Shown here: positions 16,809-27,332 of the stretch, piece after piece
Layout: each line of letters begins with the position of its first letter
How positions within the stretch are numbered: position 1 is the first letter of the stretch
Assembly (NCBI RefSeq): GCF_000392435.1
Contig: NC_021219.1
Span: 810,001 to 842,000 of the forward strand
Direction: 5' to 3'
Source: Candidatus Saccharimonas aalborgensis
GTDB lineage: Bacteria; Patescibacteriota; Saccharimonadia; Saccharimonadales; Saccharimonadaceae
DNA: 32,000 nucleotides
The notes under the pieces: model-generated
Databases searched by the model: none
What the model was told of the DNA's origin: nothing
The model's input: the letters and a program-made list of their open reading frames with translations, nothing else
Program-made: the position numbers and the translations under genes

Positions 16809-18215
16809 TTATTTGGCGGATTGTTCGGCTTTCTTGCGCTGCTTGTATGCTTTTGTAACGGGTTCAAGACCCTTGGCAATACGTTCGCGGTTGGCCTTGA
16901 TTTGTTTTTCGTCGCGGTAGCTAAACTTTACAGGAGTGCCACTATAATCATACGTTTCGCGCAGCAGTCGCTCCAGATAGCGTTTGTAGCTCCAGTGGAC
17001 AAACTTGAGGTTGCTCCCATAGATGACGAACCATGGCGGAGCGGTATCGGTCTGAACCATATAGCGGAGTTTGGGGTGCGAGTTTTTGAGACCGGCCGGT
17101 GGATGTTTTTGGACGGCTTGCTGTAAGAGATCGTTGAGAACACGCGTCTTAGTTGCCTGATTGCGGCGAGTGATAATGTCGGTAGCAAGCTCAAAGAGTT
17201 TGGTAACGTTTTGACCAGTCACACTGCTCGTAAAAATGAGTGGTGCCCAAGGTACAAAATCGAAGCTGTGGGCTATTTTCGGGGCGAGGGCGTCGCGAGT
17301 AAAGGCGTCTTTTCCCTCCACACTGTCCCATTTGCTTACAACCAAGACTAGCCCTTTGCCCGCTTCGTTGATGAGACCAGCCAGACGTTGGTCGAGTTGG
17401 GTGTTTAGCTCGCCAACATCCATCAGGAGGAAGCAAACATCGGCTTCTTCGATGGCCTGGAGCGTGCGCAAGACCGAAAACTTTTCGATTCCCACCTCTT
17501 GCTTTCCCTGGCGACGGACACCCGCTGTGTCAATGAGCTCGAGTGTTTGGCGGTGAAACGTTACGCGAGTGCGCCCGAGATCGCGGGTCGTCCCTGCGAT
17601 ATTTGCGACAAGCGCTTGCTGCTTGCCAGCGAGCGTGTTGAACAAGTGACTTTTGCCAACATTTGGACGACCAATCAATGCGATTCGTACGACGTCATCT
17701 GGCTCAGACTCGCGTGCTATGGGGATCAAGTCTGTAATCTTGGTTAATAGCTCGGCGATACCGCTGTTATGCTCAGCACTTGTACGAATACTGTCGCTTA
17801 TCCCTAGGCAGCGAAACTCTGTGTCGGGCAGACTCGTTTTTAGATCAGCCTTGTTTGTAACGAGGATAACTGGTTTTTTGCTCTTGAGCGCTTTTTTGGC
17901 AACCATGCGATCCTCATCGCCTGGGTACTCAGTACTATCAACGACAACAATGATAACATCTGCGGCCTCAGCAGCATCATCAATCTGGTGTTGAATGGTT
18001 GCCTCGAACTCATCCAATGGATCCTTGAGACCGGCCGTGTCGACAAGCCAAAATTGATGGTCTTGGTACTGCACCTTGCCCGTGACGTTATCTCGGGTGG
18101 TCCCAGCCTCACGGGCAACAATTGCTTGCTGTGAGCGGACCATACGATTAAAAAGCGAGCTTTTGCCCGCATTCGCACGTCCGATAATAGCAACCATAGG
18201 GAGTTTTGCCGCCAT
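16809..18215 (-). CDS. der: Ribosome biogenesis GTPase Der (EngA)
   Basis: Tandem GTPase domains: GRANAGKSSLFNRM...VVDSTEYP...NKAD and GRPNVGKSHLFNTL...DTAGVRRQGK...SKWD; KH-like C-terminus. Start chosen at MAAKLP. Confidence 0.96.
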   Translation of the reverse strand: MAAKLPMVAIIGRANAGKSSLFNRMVRSQQAIVAREAGTTRDNVTGKVQYQDHQFWLVDTAGLKDPLDEFEATIQHQIDDAAEAADVIIVVVDSTEYPGDEDRMVAKKALKSKKPVILVTNKADLKTSLPDTEFRCLGISDSIRTSAEHNSGIAELLTKITDLIPIARESEPDDVVRIALIGRPNVGKSHLFNTLAGKQQALVANIAGTTRDLGRTRVTFHRQTLELIDTAGVRRQGKQEVGIEKFSVLRTLQAIEEADVCFLLMDVGELNTQLDQRLAGLINEAGKGLVLVVSKWDSVEGKDAFTRDALAPKIAHSFDFVPWAPLIFTSSVTGQNVTKLFELATDIITRRNQATKTRVLNDLLQQAVQKHPPAGLKNSHPKLRYMVQTDTAPPWFVIYGSNLKFVHWSYKRYLERLLRETYDYSGTPVKFSYRDEKQIKANRERIAKGLEPVTKAYKQRKKAEQSAK

Positions 18216-18337
18216 AATAGAGATAGTATAACAGAGGTAACGAGAAATAGCGAGCGTAAACACTATAATCTGAGTATTCCATAAGATTGACCAATAACAA
18301 ATAAAGTGATATAAAAACATGAATAAGGAAATCATCT

Positions 18338-19246
18338 ATGGCCGCACCGAGTAGTGAACAGCGACAACAATTTATTGGAGACAGTCTCGAGCGGGCATGG
18401 GGCTTTTTGCGTCATGAGGGTGTGAGGGATATCTTGGGTGCGACGACTGTCGCGGTGCTTGAGCGGCGGCTTAGCCAGGTAGTGATACCAGATATGGCCG
18501 TGTCGACTTCGGGGCTTGAGATAGATTTGCCGAGTCATGGTGAAAGTCAACAGGTATTTCCGGTTGTCGCCATGCTCCCCGGTGAGAACCTCTGCTATCC
18601 GAAAGAGATGACGACACAAGCGGATGAAGTTGTTGAAGCGCAGATTAGGCGCATGAGAGAGCTTTGTCCTAACCTGAGCCATCAAGATGCACTCGATGCA
18701 CTTATACGCCGAGAAGCGTATCGCCGCCAAGATACCACAACTAAGATTGAAATGGGGAGGGGCTATAGTGCTCAGGTCTTCACGGAGCGTGGCGAACACT
18801 CTGTTGGTGGTACACGCTTTGCAATCTATCAACAGCCGATCGTTGCCTTTGCCATGCAAGATGCCAAGAATGTCACCTATCCTTTTGCGCATCCTGTCGT
18901 GACAACGCATGAAGTGACACACCTCGATGACTATAGTATGTTTCCTGTTGTCGATATGAACGTAACGCTCCCCCACGAGTATCGGCTTAGTTCCGAACTA
19001 AGGGCATATCATATCTCTGCTCTGGCTGAAACAGCTATCGACAGATACGGTCTCGACAGCAACGGTCTCTGGCATAGAGCAGTTTATCCTGGTAGGCCGA
19101 CAGTATCATCGAGGGTTGAAGCGTTGCGCCGTTTGCACACTACGGCAGAACGTCCCTATCGACCGTTGCCATCACTATATCTTGCGCTCGAGGTAGAAGG
19201 TCTGGAAAGTATTTATCAAGCAAATATATCGCCTACTGAATATTAA
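18338..19246 (+). CDS. Hypothetical protein with HExxH motif
   Basis: 302-aa ORF with AAGGA SD region; contains VVTTHEVTHLDDYS (putative zincin-like motif). Confidence 0.65.
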   Translation: MAAPSSEQRQQFIGDSLERAWGFLRHEGVRDILGATTVAVLERRLSQVVIPDMAVSTSGLEIDLPSHGESQQVFPVVAMLPGENLCYPKEMTTQADEVVEAQIRRMRELCPNLSHQDALDALIRREAYRRQDTTTKIEMGRGYSAQVFTERGEHSVGGTRFAIYQQPIVAFAMQDAKNVTYPFAHPVVTTHEVTHLDDYSMFPVVDMNVTLPHEYRLSSELRAYHISALAETAIDRYGLDSNGLWHRAVYPGRPTVSSRVEALRRLHTTAERPYRPLPSLYLALEVEGLESIYQANISPTEY

Positions 19247-19928
19247 TCTGATGGTAAAGACCGCGCTTTATATCACCCAGTGAATAATTACCGAAATTAG
19301 TCCTATCGAGCCTCACCACTGTATATCCTAGTGCGGCAAAAGTACGGCGTATCTGTCGATTACGGCCTTCACTCATCGTTACTTGCCACTCGCGCAAATT
19401 GCCATCACGCAGTTTTGCTAAGGTCAGTTGACTACGTCCATCGTCGAGAGTGATGCCGATGTCACTAATCATTTGCTGGTGGAGTGGTTCGAGATCACGA
19501 TCGAGGCGTATACGGTATACTTTTGTTTTGCGATACTGAGGGTGCGTCATGCGGTGGGCAAAGTCTCCATCATTGGTAAGTATGATAAGGCCTGAGCTGT
19601 CCTTATCGAGACGACCAACTGATTTAAGGTGTTTGAGGGGTAATGGTAGAAGGTCGTAAATTGTTGGGGTATCTCCCTGGGAGCGTCGTGAACAGACGTA
19701 CCCGGCGGGCTTATTGAGGAGGAGGTAGGTGTACTTGGTGGGTGCCAAGGGTATTTCTTTGTTGTTTACCGTAATATGATCAGATGAGCTTACCTGGAGG
19801 CCGAGTTGAGCGGTGACGCCATTAACACACACGCTACCTTTTTCGATCAGCAGATCCGCTTCGCGACGTGAAATACCAAGCGCAAGAGCGAGGTATTTAT
19901 TGAGTCGCTGTGAATTACCAGGTAACAC
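19233..19928 (-). CDS. RsuA/RluB family pseudouridine synthase
   Basis: S4 domain RLNKYLALALGISRREADLLIEKGSVCVNG, GRLDKDSSGLIILTNDG, EGRNRQIRRTFAALGYTVVRLDR. Confidence 0.93.
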   Translation of the reverse strand: MLPGNSQRLNKYLALALGISRREADLLIEKGSVCVNGVTAQLGLQVSSSDHITVNNKEIPLAPTKYTYLLLNKPAGYVCSRRSQGDTPTIYDLLPLPLKHLKSVGRLDKDSSGLIILTNDGDFAHRMTHPQYRKTKVYRIRLDRDLEPLHQQMISDIGITLDDGRSQLTLAKLRDGNLREWQVTMSEGRNRQIRRTFAALGYTVVRLDRTNFGNYSLGDIKRGLYHQINIQ

Positions 19929-19939
19929 GATAGTTCGTA

Positions 19940-20881
19940 TTATACAACAGGAGTGACCGGATTGCTCGGTGGCGTCGGAGACTGAGGCATGGGTACTGTG
20001 GGCAGAGGAGGCGCTACAGGCGGCCGAGGTGTTTCCTCAAAGGAAAGACCACTGGCGGCCGGTGGGGTCGCAACTACCGGTGCAGAAAACGTTGGTGGAG
20101 GCGTTGGAATGGGAGGAGCGGTGGGAGCTTGCGGTTGAGGCATTACGGGTGCAGCGGTGCCTTGGACGCCGTTTGCCAGTTCTCTTGCCATGAGATTGTT
20201 GTAGTCGCGCGGAGGTTCTGAAGGCTGCAGTGGATGAATGACCCTATCCCCGAGTGTAGCCGGGCGAGGGGTGGAAAACGGTGCAGTCGGTTGCGGCAGA
20301 GGTGGTGGTGATGCCTGGGGCTGTGTTAAGGTGGGCGCTGGCTGAGGTGATGGTGCGGACGTAGCTGCCGTTGGTTGAGGAAGCGGAGCGGCAGGGGGCA
20401 TGGGAGCAACAGGAGCTACGGGTGCTGGAGAGGAAGTAGGCGCTGCCGGCGAAGGGGGTAACGGGGCGGAAGTGGTAGAGGAAGCGGGCCTCAGCGTATT
20501 TGCAGTGATAGGTGCGTCACCTAAGACTTCATGCACTGTGCGTACGACGTCCTCAATACCAACCTGTGACTTTACCAGGTAGCGATCGGCGCCAAGGCTT
20601 TCACCCCGCTTACGCTGATCTTCGCTGCTAAGAGCGGTCATCATAATGACCTTAATGCCCTTCGTCTCGGTTGTTGATCGCAGGATATCAAGCATATCGA
20701 ATCCACTGATTTTTGGCATCATCACATCACTAACAATAAGATCAGGACGATCCTTGATTGCCATGGCGAGTGCTTCTTCGCCGTCGCCTGCCGAGACAAT
20801 ATCGTATCCTTCCGCTAATAGGCGTACACCGTAGATCTCTCGTAAGCTTTTGTCATCCTCGACTAGCAGTATCTTTGTCAT
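19940..20881 (-). CDS. Response regulator receiver protein with long Pro/Ala/Thr-rich tail
   Basis: MTKILLVEDDKSLREIYGVRLLAEGYDIVSAGDGEEALAMAIKDRPDLIVSDVMMPKISGFDML; GGGAGGT SD. Confidence 0.93.
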   Translation of the reverse strand: MTKILLVEDDKSLREIYGVRLLAEGYDIVSAGDGEEALAMAIKDRPDLIVSDVMMPKISGFDMLDILRSTTETKGIKVIMMTALSSEDQRKRGESLGADRYLVKSQVGIEDVVRTVHEVLGDAPITANTLRPASSTTSAPLPPSPAAPTSSPAPVAPVAPMPPAAPLPQPTAATSAPSPQPAPTLTQPQASPPPLPQPTAPFSTPRPATLGDRVIHPLQPSEPPRDYNNLMARELANGVQGTAAPVMPQPQAPTAPPIPTPPPTFSAPVVATPPAASGLSFEETPRPPVAPPLPTVPMPQSPTPPSNPVTPVV

Positions 20882-20932
20882 GTTACCTCCCATTGTATCC
20901 CAGGCATGTAAAAAAAACTATACCCCTCATGC

Positions 20933-22909
20933 TTATCTCTTGATTTCAGCTTGTGGAGACACACGTGTCGCTCCGTGATGGCTGATAAATGCACTTGGAT
21001 TTGCTTCAATTGTTGACAGCGGAATATTTGGAGCGGCGTAGGTTCTTCCTGGAACGAGGGGTTGAGATGCGGGTGCCATCAGAGGTGCCGGTGCTAGTAG
21101 TGGGGTCGTTGGTGGTGCGGTAACCACGCCCACAGGGGCGCTTTGGGAAGGAGTTGAGATGTCAGGAATAGCTGGCAGTGACGGTGGCACAGCAAGTGTT
21201 GTGGTACTTGTTGAAATCGGTGTGGTCGTTGTTGCCGCAGCTGCATTTTCGGCCTCGATACTCGCTTGCTCAATCAGACGCATCGCATCTTCATGGTTGA
21301 TACGGGGAAGCTCCACATAGAAGGTGCTCCCTTTTTTGTATTCGCTTTCTAGCCAAATACGTCCCCCCATTGTTTCGGTGAGGCGACGACAGAGATAGAG
21401 GCCAAGGCCGGTACCACCAATTTCACGCGTGTCGGTATTGTCCACTCGATAAAACTTTTGGAAAAGGTGTGCTTGGTCTTCTCTAGGAATGCCTAACCCC
21501 GTATCGGCGATGCTCATCACGATATGATTGTCATCACCATTGACGTCAACAACAACATCGCCGCTCGGTGTGTACTTGATGGCGTTCTCTATAAGGTTGC
21601 TCATCACCTCGCGGAGGTGATCGTTGTCGACATTGACATAAAATACTGGGCTCAGGCGTCGCCCGTTTAGTTTCTCTTTGGTGACATTGTCTTCGGGTAG
21701 CGGTTTGTAGATAAAATGAAGATTTTTTTCTTTTGCTTTTGACTCAAGCCCCTCAAAGATATCATGAACAAAGGGGACGACATCAACCACTTTAGGGTTA
21801 TTTTTGAGTCGGGCGTCATCTGCCTTGGTGACGTCGAGCAAGTCCTGAAAGAGTCGGCCAAGGTGCTGTGCCGAGGCGTGTGCTTTAGTAATAAAATCAC
21901 GTGCTTTGTCGTCGATGGTAGCGGTATTGGGGTTGAGTGCTAGGCCTAAGTATCCTTCGATAGAAGCAACCGGCGTACGCATTTCGTGACTTGCTGTACT
22001 GATAAACTCGGCTTGTTGACGTTCCTCTGCCTTCTCTCCGCTAATGTCACGAAAAACAATAATAACACCAGAGCCGGCTTGACCAACCGGTGACACAACA
22101 ATGGAGATAAGAGTGGTCTTGCCCGAGCTGGTGACAAGACTGAGAACTGATGAGGTGGCCTGTTTGTTTTCGTTGAGGGCTTTTGTGATCGGATCATTCA
22201 TGACATCAGGTTCTTGATTTTTGCCATCAACGAGTTTGAGTACCGATTTGTAGCTAAGGCCGAGTGCATCTTGCTTGCCCCACCCTATCAGCTGCTGCGC
22301 AGCAGGATTTATCAATTCGACCGACCCTTTACTGTCGAGAGCGATGACTCCGTCGGCAATGGCATTGATCACTACCTCAGATTTGCCCGAAACTTGGCTA
22401 AGCTGTGTCGCGAGTTCATGGTAGGATTTATCCTCCGAGGTTTCCTCGTCGTCATTGTCGCCCTGATGTCCCCAAATGAGCATGCCAACAGCAAGCGGTA
22501 GATCTCCCGCTAGGAGAGCGAGCATGAGACTATTGGTCGTGAGTGTATTGCTCGAATATTGCCAAAAGAGTATAGCGTTGACTACGATAAAAAGCATGAT
22601 GATCCCCTGCTTCCCGAATACGCCCGCAAACACTGACGCAGCCATCCAGAGCGCGATAAATGGCGAAGATATGCCACCCGTCCCAGCCATCAAGCAACCG
22701 ATGGTTACGAGCAGTAGGCCATAGATGAGGCGCGAAGAGAGACCGATAAATCGATGGGGGGTCCACTCGTACGCAATAAAGGAGCTTATGAGGGTCGCTG
22801 CGGCGACGATTGCCGCATAATCTGCGACAAGGAGTGTGTTATTTGGTTGCTTGACTCCTGAAAAGAACGACCACGCGTAGAGGCCAAGAACTGCGGCTGC
22901 TACTAGCAT
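20933..22909 (-). CDS. PAS domain sensor histidine kinase
   Basis: Multi-TM N-terminus, PAS, HisKA (EFISTASHEMRTPVASIEGYL), HATPase (NLIENAIKYTPSGD, ADTGLGIPREDQAHLFQKFYR, GTGLGLYLC). Confidence 0.95.
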   Translation of the reverse strand: MLVAAAVLGLYAWSFFSGVKQPNNTLLVADYAAIVAAATLISSFIAYEWTPHRFIGLSSRLIYGLLLVTIGCLMAGTGGISSPFIALWMAASVFAGVFGKQGIIMLFIVVNAILFWQYSSNTLTTNSLMLALLAGDLPLAVGMLIWGHQGDNDDEETSEDKSYHELATQLSQVSGKSEVVINAIADGVIALDSKGSVELINPAAQQLIGWGKQDALGLSYKSVLKLVDGKNQEPDVMNDPITKALNENKQATSSVLSLVTSSGKTTLISIVVSPVGQAGSGVIIVFRDISGEKAEERQQAEFISTASHEMRTPVASIEGYLGLALNPNTATIDDKARDFITKAHASAQHLGRLFQDLLDVTKADDARLKNNPKVVDVVPFVHDIFEGLESKAKEKNLHFIYKPLPEDNVTKEKLNGRRLSPVFYVNVDNDHLREVMSNLIENAIKYTPSGDVVVDVNGDDNHIVMSIADTGLGIPREDQAHLFQKFYRVDNTDTREIGGTGLGLYLCRRLTETMGGRIWLESEYKKGSTFYVELPRINHEDAMRLIEQASIEAENAAAATTTTPISTSTTTLAVPPSLPAIPDISTPSQSAPVGVVTAPPTTPLLAPAPLMAPASQPLVPGRTYAAPNIPLSTIEANPSAFISHHGATRVSPQAEIKR

Positions 22910-23170
22910 AACTGCTTCACAGAGCCGCCGATGCCAAAAGCGATTTAATTGGCGTGGTTTAATAAAATTGCCCCCTCGTTTGCTATCGATAGTACTTACG
23001 GTTAGTATAACGCATCAACGGGGGTGATTGCAACAATTCTGTCATATGAGGGTACGGAAGAAGCCCGAGAAAGGACCTGGGCTTCTCTCGCGGCTAAGAT
23101 GACCACCTCCAATATATTGGGATGGTGTTGATCTGAGGTGTGACGATGCCATGGGGACTACCTGATAATA

Positions 23171-23947
23171 TTATCTTTGTTGAGGTGGAAGTGGCACCAG
23201 TACTGAGGTGGCTCGGCGGTACTCGTTCCAATTTGGGTAGCGACTTGATCTCTGCTCGCTCGGTGGGATTCCTGATATAAAGATAATTAAAATACTGATC
23301 GTGGCAGCGCCAATCGTCGCGAGCCACCAAGAGGGCGAACTCAATGAGAGACACGCGATTCCCCACCACATCACGAGTTCTCCAAAATAATTTGGATGAC
23401 GTGAGTATCGCCATAGGCCACTCGTCATAAGTGTGCCGGGTTTTTGTGCAACATGGCTGCGGAGCTGGTAATCAGCGACCGACTCAATGATAAATCCGCC
23501 GACCCAGAGGACAAGCCCTAATGCGGTCAATGATGACACCGCTGGTTTGTCAAGCCAGAGCGCGATACCCGGAAGAGATACGATAACGGCGAGGACTGCT
23601 TGTACTAGGTAGATACGAAAAAATGTTTGTAAACCAACAAACCGTTTGGGCCATTGTTTTTTGAGCGCTACGTAGCGCGGGTCTTCTGCTTTGGCGTGAA
23701 GCCAGCGTTTTCCGATGTGAAACGATAGTCGGAGTGCCCACAAGCAGATGCAGGCGCTGGCAGCAATCGCTACGGTTGAGTGAGTAAAATGAAATGGTAT
23801 TTGAACGATTACCGATGCCAAGATTGCCATCCCCCATGCGACATCGACGCCATCGTAGCGTTTCTTGTACCAGCCAACAACAAAAGCACAACTCATAACA
23901 GCGAGTGCTGCAAAAAAACTAACCGCAAGATCGCCTATGACCACCAT
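23171..23947 (-). CDS. DUF1295 / steroid-5-alpha-reductase-like membrane protein
   Basis: GVDVAWGM..., 'SGLWRYSRHPNYFGELVMWWGIACLSLS', 'GIPPSEQRSSRYPNWNEYRRAT'. Confidence 0.88.
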   Translation of the reverse strand: MVVIGDLAVSFFAALAVMSCAFVVGWYKKRYDGVDVAWGMAILASVIVQIPFHFTHSTVAIAASACICLWALRLSFHIGKRWLHAKAEDPRYVALKKQWPKRFVGLQTFFRIYLVQAVLAVIVSLPGIALWLDKPAVSSLTALGLVLWVGGFIIESVADYQLRSHVAQKPGTLMTSGLWRYSRHPNYFGELVMWWGIACLSLSSPSWWLATIGAATISILIIFISGIPPSEQRSSRYPNWNEYRRATSVLVPLPPQQR

Positions 23948-24342
23948 GTTCGCATCACCCAGTAGGCAATACCCGACACTGTGGCAGTCAACACCGTGCC
24001 CCAGATCAGGTCCACTATCACTAAGGTAAGAGGCCAGTTTTTGAGTGTGGCAAGATTGGTGAGGTCATAGGTTGCATAGGCGACGAACCCAAAGAGAGCG
24101 CCCATTCCTAGGGCATAGTGCCATGACTGCTTATCGAGTGCTGGTGATAATACAAATGCGACGATGCCGATGACATAAATAACATAAAATAGCACGGCTG
24201 CCGCCATGTTTGGCTTATCCATAAGGAGCGATCCGATTTGCGAGCGGTAAAACTTGTTGGCAACGACACTAAGCCATAGCCCATCGAATACACCCATTAC
24301 GACGCCAGTGACGACGAGTCTCACTAGAAATTGTTCAACCAT
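23935..24342 (-). CDS. DUF2177-like membrane protein
   Basis: Small 4-TM protein: GVFDGLWLSVVANKFYRSQIGSLL...GALFGFVAYATYDLTNLATLKNWP...DLIWGTVLTA. Confidence 0.85.
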   Translation of the reverse strand: MVEQFLVRLVVTGVVMGVFDGLWLSVVANKFYRSQIGSLLMDKPNMAAAVLFYVIYVIGIVAFVLSPALDKQSWHYALGMGALFGFVAYATYDLTNLATLKNWPLTLVIVDLIWGTVLTATVSGIAYWVMRTWWS

Positions 24343-24346
24343 ACTA

Positions 24347-26569
24347 CTATTCCCCCTTCCGCTGACGGGCTAGTTTGCTTGGCCACCACATCGGCCGCCC
24401 GATATCGATTGTGAGGCTTGGTACGAGGAGTGACCGAACGATAATTGTATCGAGCAGAACACCAAATGCCACGATAAAGGCAAGTTGCGCCAAAAATAGA
24501 ATTGGGATAACACCCAGTGCCGCAAATGTCGATGCTAGCACAACGCCAGCACTGGTAATGACCCCTCCAGTGACAACGAGTGCCTTGATGGTACCATCCA
24601 CTACCCCCCTTTTGTTGATCTCCTCGCGCACCCGTGTCATCAAGAAGATATTGTAGTCAATACCAAGTGCGACCAGGAAAACAAATCCAAATAACACAAC
24701 AGATGGGTCTGCGCCCGGGAATTGGAATACGTGGTTAAACAAGACTGCCGATACGCCAAGTGTCGCCTCGAAAGAAACGACTGTTGTTAGGAGCAGTATG
24801 ATTGGTGCCACTAGGGAGCGTAGCAGAACCACTAAGATGACTGTAATGGCTGCTAAGATGAGCGGAATAATAACATAACGGTCGCGCTCAGATGAGATAA
24901 TGGTGTCATATTGGACTGCGCTGATACCGCCTACCTTGATACTGTTTTCGAGCGGATGGAGGGCAGTCCTGAGCCTGACGATTGTCGCTCGCGCCGCCTG
25001 TGTATCCGCGCCATCTGTTAAAGTCACCTGGAGAAGTACCATTCCGTCGATGACTTTTGGCGTGGCGTTTTTGAAGGGCGAAAACGATTCAACTGGGGTG
25101 CCGGCAGGGATTTGACCACGCTTTGCGATAGCTGCCTGCAAGGTTTCGAGCAGTTTTTGCTTACTTTTGCCAATCGGGGCGGTTCCAGATGGTGATCCAG
25201 TGGCAGTGATGGCCGTAGAGGCAACGCCTGGATCGGCATCAATCACTGTGACAGATTGATCGACCTTTGATTCCGGAACAATAACGTAGGTAGGAGATCC
25301 CGAACCGCCCGGGAAATGATCGTTGAGGATAGCTTGAGCATCCCGTGCTTCTGACTTCCCTAGTACAAAATCACTTTGGGCAACACCGTCGGCTTTTAGT
25401 TGGAAATACCCCGCACACGCGACAATCAATAGTGCGGATGTTACTATCCAAACACGGCGTGGGTATTTACGTACGAAGGCTCCTACTGAGGCCCATAATC
25501 TGTGGCGCTGCTCGTATTTGTCATTGTGCGTTAGGTCGTACTGCGGCTTGCGAGGCCAGAAGGCCGTGCGTCCCGCCAGCAGCAATGCGGCCGGCAGAAA
25601 GGTCAGGCTGCTGATAATGGCTAAAATAATTCCGATTGAGCCTACCGGTCCAAGTGCTTTGTTTGATCCTAAGTCAGATAGCAGGAGGAAGAGCAGCCCA
25701 ACAATGACGGTACCGCCTGCTGCCACAATCGGTTCCCATGAGCCTTTGAGTGCGGCCTTTGTTGCTTCCCATGTCGTGCGGTGTTCACTCAACTCTTCGC
25801 GTAGGCGGGCGATGTAGAGTAGCGAGTAATCGGTCGCAGCACCAATAACCAGGATCGACAAAATCCCCTGCACTTGTCCGTTGAGCTGGATGGCACCATT
25901 TGCAGCCAAATGGTACACGATGATAATTGCCGCTGATAATGCGCTGATTGACCCCAAGAGAACGATGACCGGCAGTAAAGGTGATCGGTACACTATGAGC
26001 AAAATAACAAATACAACGGCGAGTGCTACCAATAATAACGTGACGTCGATGCCACCGAAGGCATTTTGCAAATCACGGGCGAATGAGGCCGGTCCTGCTA
26101 GTTTGTAGCTAATGCCAATGCCAGCACCATCGATCGTCGACTTCAGGGCTGGAAAGATAGTTTTGAACTCAGCCCCTGAAGCAAGGGGAATCACAATGAT
26201 AGCTGCCTTGCCATCATCTGAGCGAATCGGTGGTGAAATATCGCTAGAAACGCCCTCAATTGAGCGTAGTTGCTTGGCTGAATCTGTCAATTTCACCATA
26301 TCACTATCGCTTATATCGCGGTTAGTGTCGTGAAAAACTGCAATAAGCGGGATCGTAGAACTGTCACGAAACTTGAGTAGCTCGGTGTTTACAGCAGTTG
26401 CTTCAGCGCTTTTTGGCAAAAAGTTAGTGAGGTCGTTGCTCGAAACTTTACTAATCTTTCCAAAATACGGTCCGCCGATGCCAGAGACTGCCAGCCACCC
26501 GACGACAATAAGTGCTGAGAGACCGTATAGCCAACGAGAAGATACACGGGAGCGGGATTTTTTTGTCAT
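24347..26569 (-). CDS. MMPL/RND superfamily transporter
   Basis: ~12-TM protein with repeated MMPL blocks: GAATDYSLLYIARLREEL and LGIDYNIFLMTRVREE. Confidence 0.93.
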   Translation of the reverse strand: MTKKSRSRVSSRWLYGLSALIVVGWLAVSGIGGPYFGKISKVSSNDLTNFLPKSAEATAVNTELLKFRDSSTIPLIAVFHDTNRDISDSDMVKLTDSAKQLRSIEGVSSDISPPIRSDDGKAAIIVIPLASGAEFKTIFPALKSTIDGAGIGISYKLAGPASFARDLQNAFGGIDVTLLLVALAVVFVILLIVYRSPLLPVIVLLGSISALSAAIIIVYHLAANGAIQLNGQVQGILSILVIGAATDYSLLYIARLREELSEHRTTWEATKAALKGSWEPIVAAGGTVIVGLLFLLLSDLGSNKALGPVGSIGIILAIISSLTFLPAALLLAGRTAFWPRKPQYDLTHNDKYEQRHRLWASVGAFVRKYPRRVWIVTSALLIVACAGYFQLKADGVAQSDFVLGKSEARDAQAILNDHFPGGSGSPTYVIVPESKVDQSVTVIDADPGVASTAITATGSPSGTAPIGKSKQKLLETLQAAIAKRGQIPAGTPVESFSPFKNATPKVIDGMVLLQVTLTDGADTQAARATIVRLRTALHPLENSIKVGGISAVQYDTIISSERDRYVIIPLILAAITVILVVLLRSLVAPIILLLTTVVSFEATLGVSAVLFNHVFQFPGADPSVVLFGFVFLVALGIDYNIFLMTRVREEINKRGVVDGTIKALVVTGGVITSAGVVLASTFAALGVIPILFLAQLAFIVAFGVLLDTIIVRSLLVPSLTIDIGRPMWWPSKLARQRKGE

Positions 26570-26679
26570 CGTACCTGTTATTGTATATGGTTTGGAGGAG
26601 TATTGATAGTGATTCTTTAAAGAAAACACCTCTTACTAACAAGAGGTGTTTTCTCGACCGAGGAGAGGACAGAGGGCGG

Positions 26680-27198
26680 CTAGTTTTGCTGTGAAGAGTC
26701 AGCAGTAGTGCTGCTGTCCCGTGGGGGTCGTGGACCTCGCGGTCCTGGACTGTTTGGCCCATCCTCTGTACTAGTAACCGTGAAGTTCGTGTCGAGATAG
26801 ACGGTAGTGTGAGAACCGTCAGATTTCCTCATATGAACTTCGTAGGTTCCCTTGCCGTCGGCTTCGGTTTCGGCGCGAAGCACGGTAGCACCCGATACCT
26901 TTGCGGTCGCTGCGGCTGTGGCCTTCTCGAGATCAGTTCCCGTGAGAAGTGTTTCTGCCTTGCCGTTTGCAGTGTGACCACCTTTTGATTCGTCAAACAC
27001 AGGTGGACGCTGTGTCGATGTATCGTTTTGGGTGGATGTCGAGGTGCTTCCTATTGACGAACTAGCGCTTGTCAACGCATTGGCAACATTAGTAGCTGCG
27101 CTCACAGTAGCGATTGTTCCTACAACCCCTAGTGTAGCGAGGGCTGGGATAAGTAATTTATTGTTGGCTATGATAGTCTCCTTTCGTATTATGCTCAT
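26680..27198 (-). CDS. Secreted/anchored protein with PepSY-like region
   Basis: N-terminal hydrophobic signal; ATAAATAKVSGATVLRAETEADGKGTYEVHMRKSDGSHTTVYLDTNFTV. Confidence 0.65.
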   Translation of the reverse strand: MSIIRKETIIANNKLLIPALATLGVVGTIATVSAATNVANALTSASSSIGSTSTSTQNDTSTQRPPVFDESKGGHTANGKAETLLTGTDLEKATAAATAKVSGATVLRAETEADGKGTYEVHMRKSDGSHTTVYLDTNFTVTSTEDGPNSPGPRGPRPPRDSSTTADSSQQN

Positions 27199-27332
27199 CC
27201 GGATTGAGCGACCAGACTCTTAGCTGGTCGATACCAACTATAAGGAGCCAAGCTTGAAATTAACTGAAACAGAGATAGTCTAGCGGTCTCGATAACAATT
27301 TTTGTATACCACTTCCAGTGTTGTTGTGCATA

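Noticed and set aside
18332-18976. 214-aa minus-strand ORF opposite the HExxH protein
   Set aside because: Antisense to a better-supported 302-aa plus-strand ORF; Cys/His-rich random-like composition.
23110-23170. Possible riboswitch around the gaagccc...gggcttc stem downstream of the DUF1295 gene
   Set aside because: Best explained as a 3'-end hairpin/terminator for the minus-strand gene at 23171-23947; no aptamer recognised.
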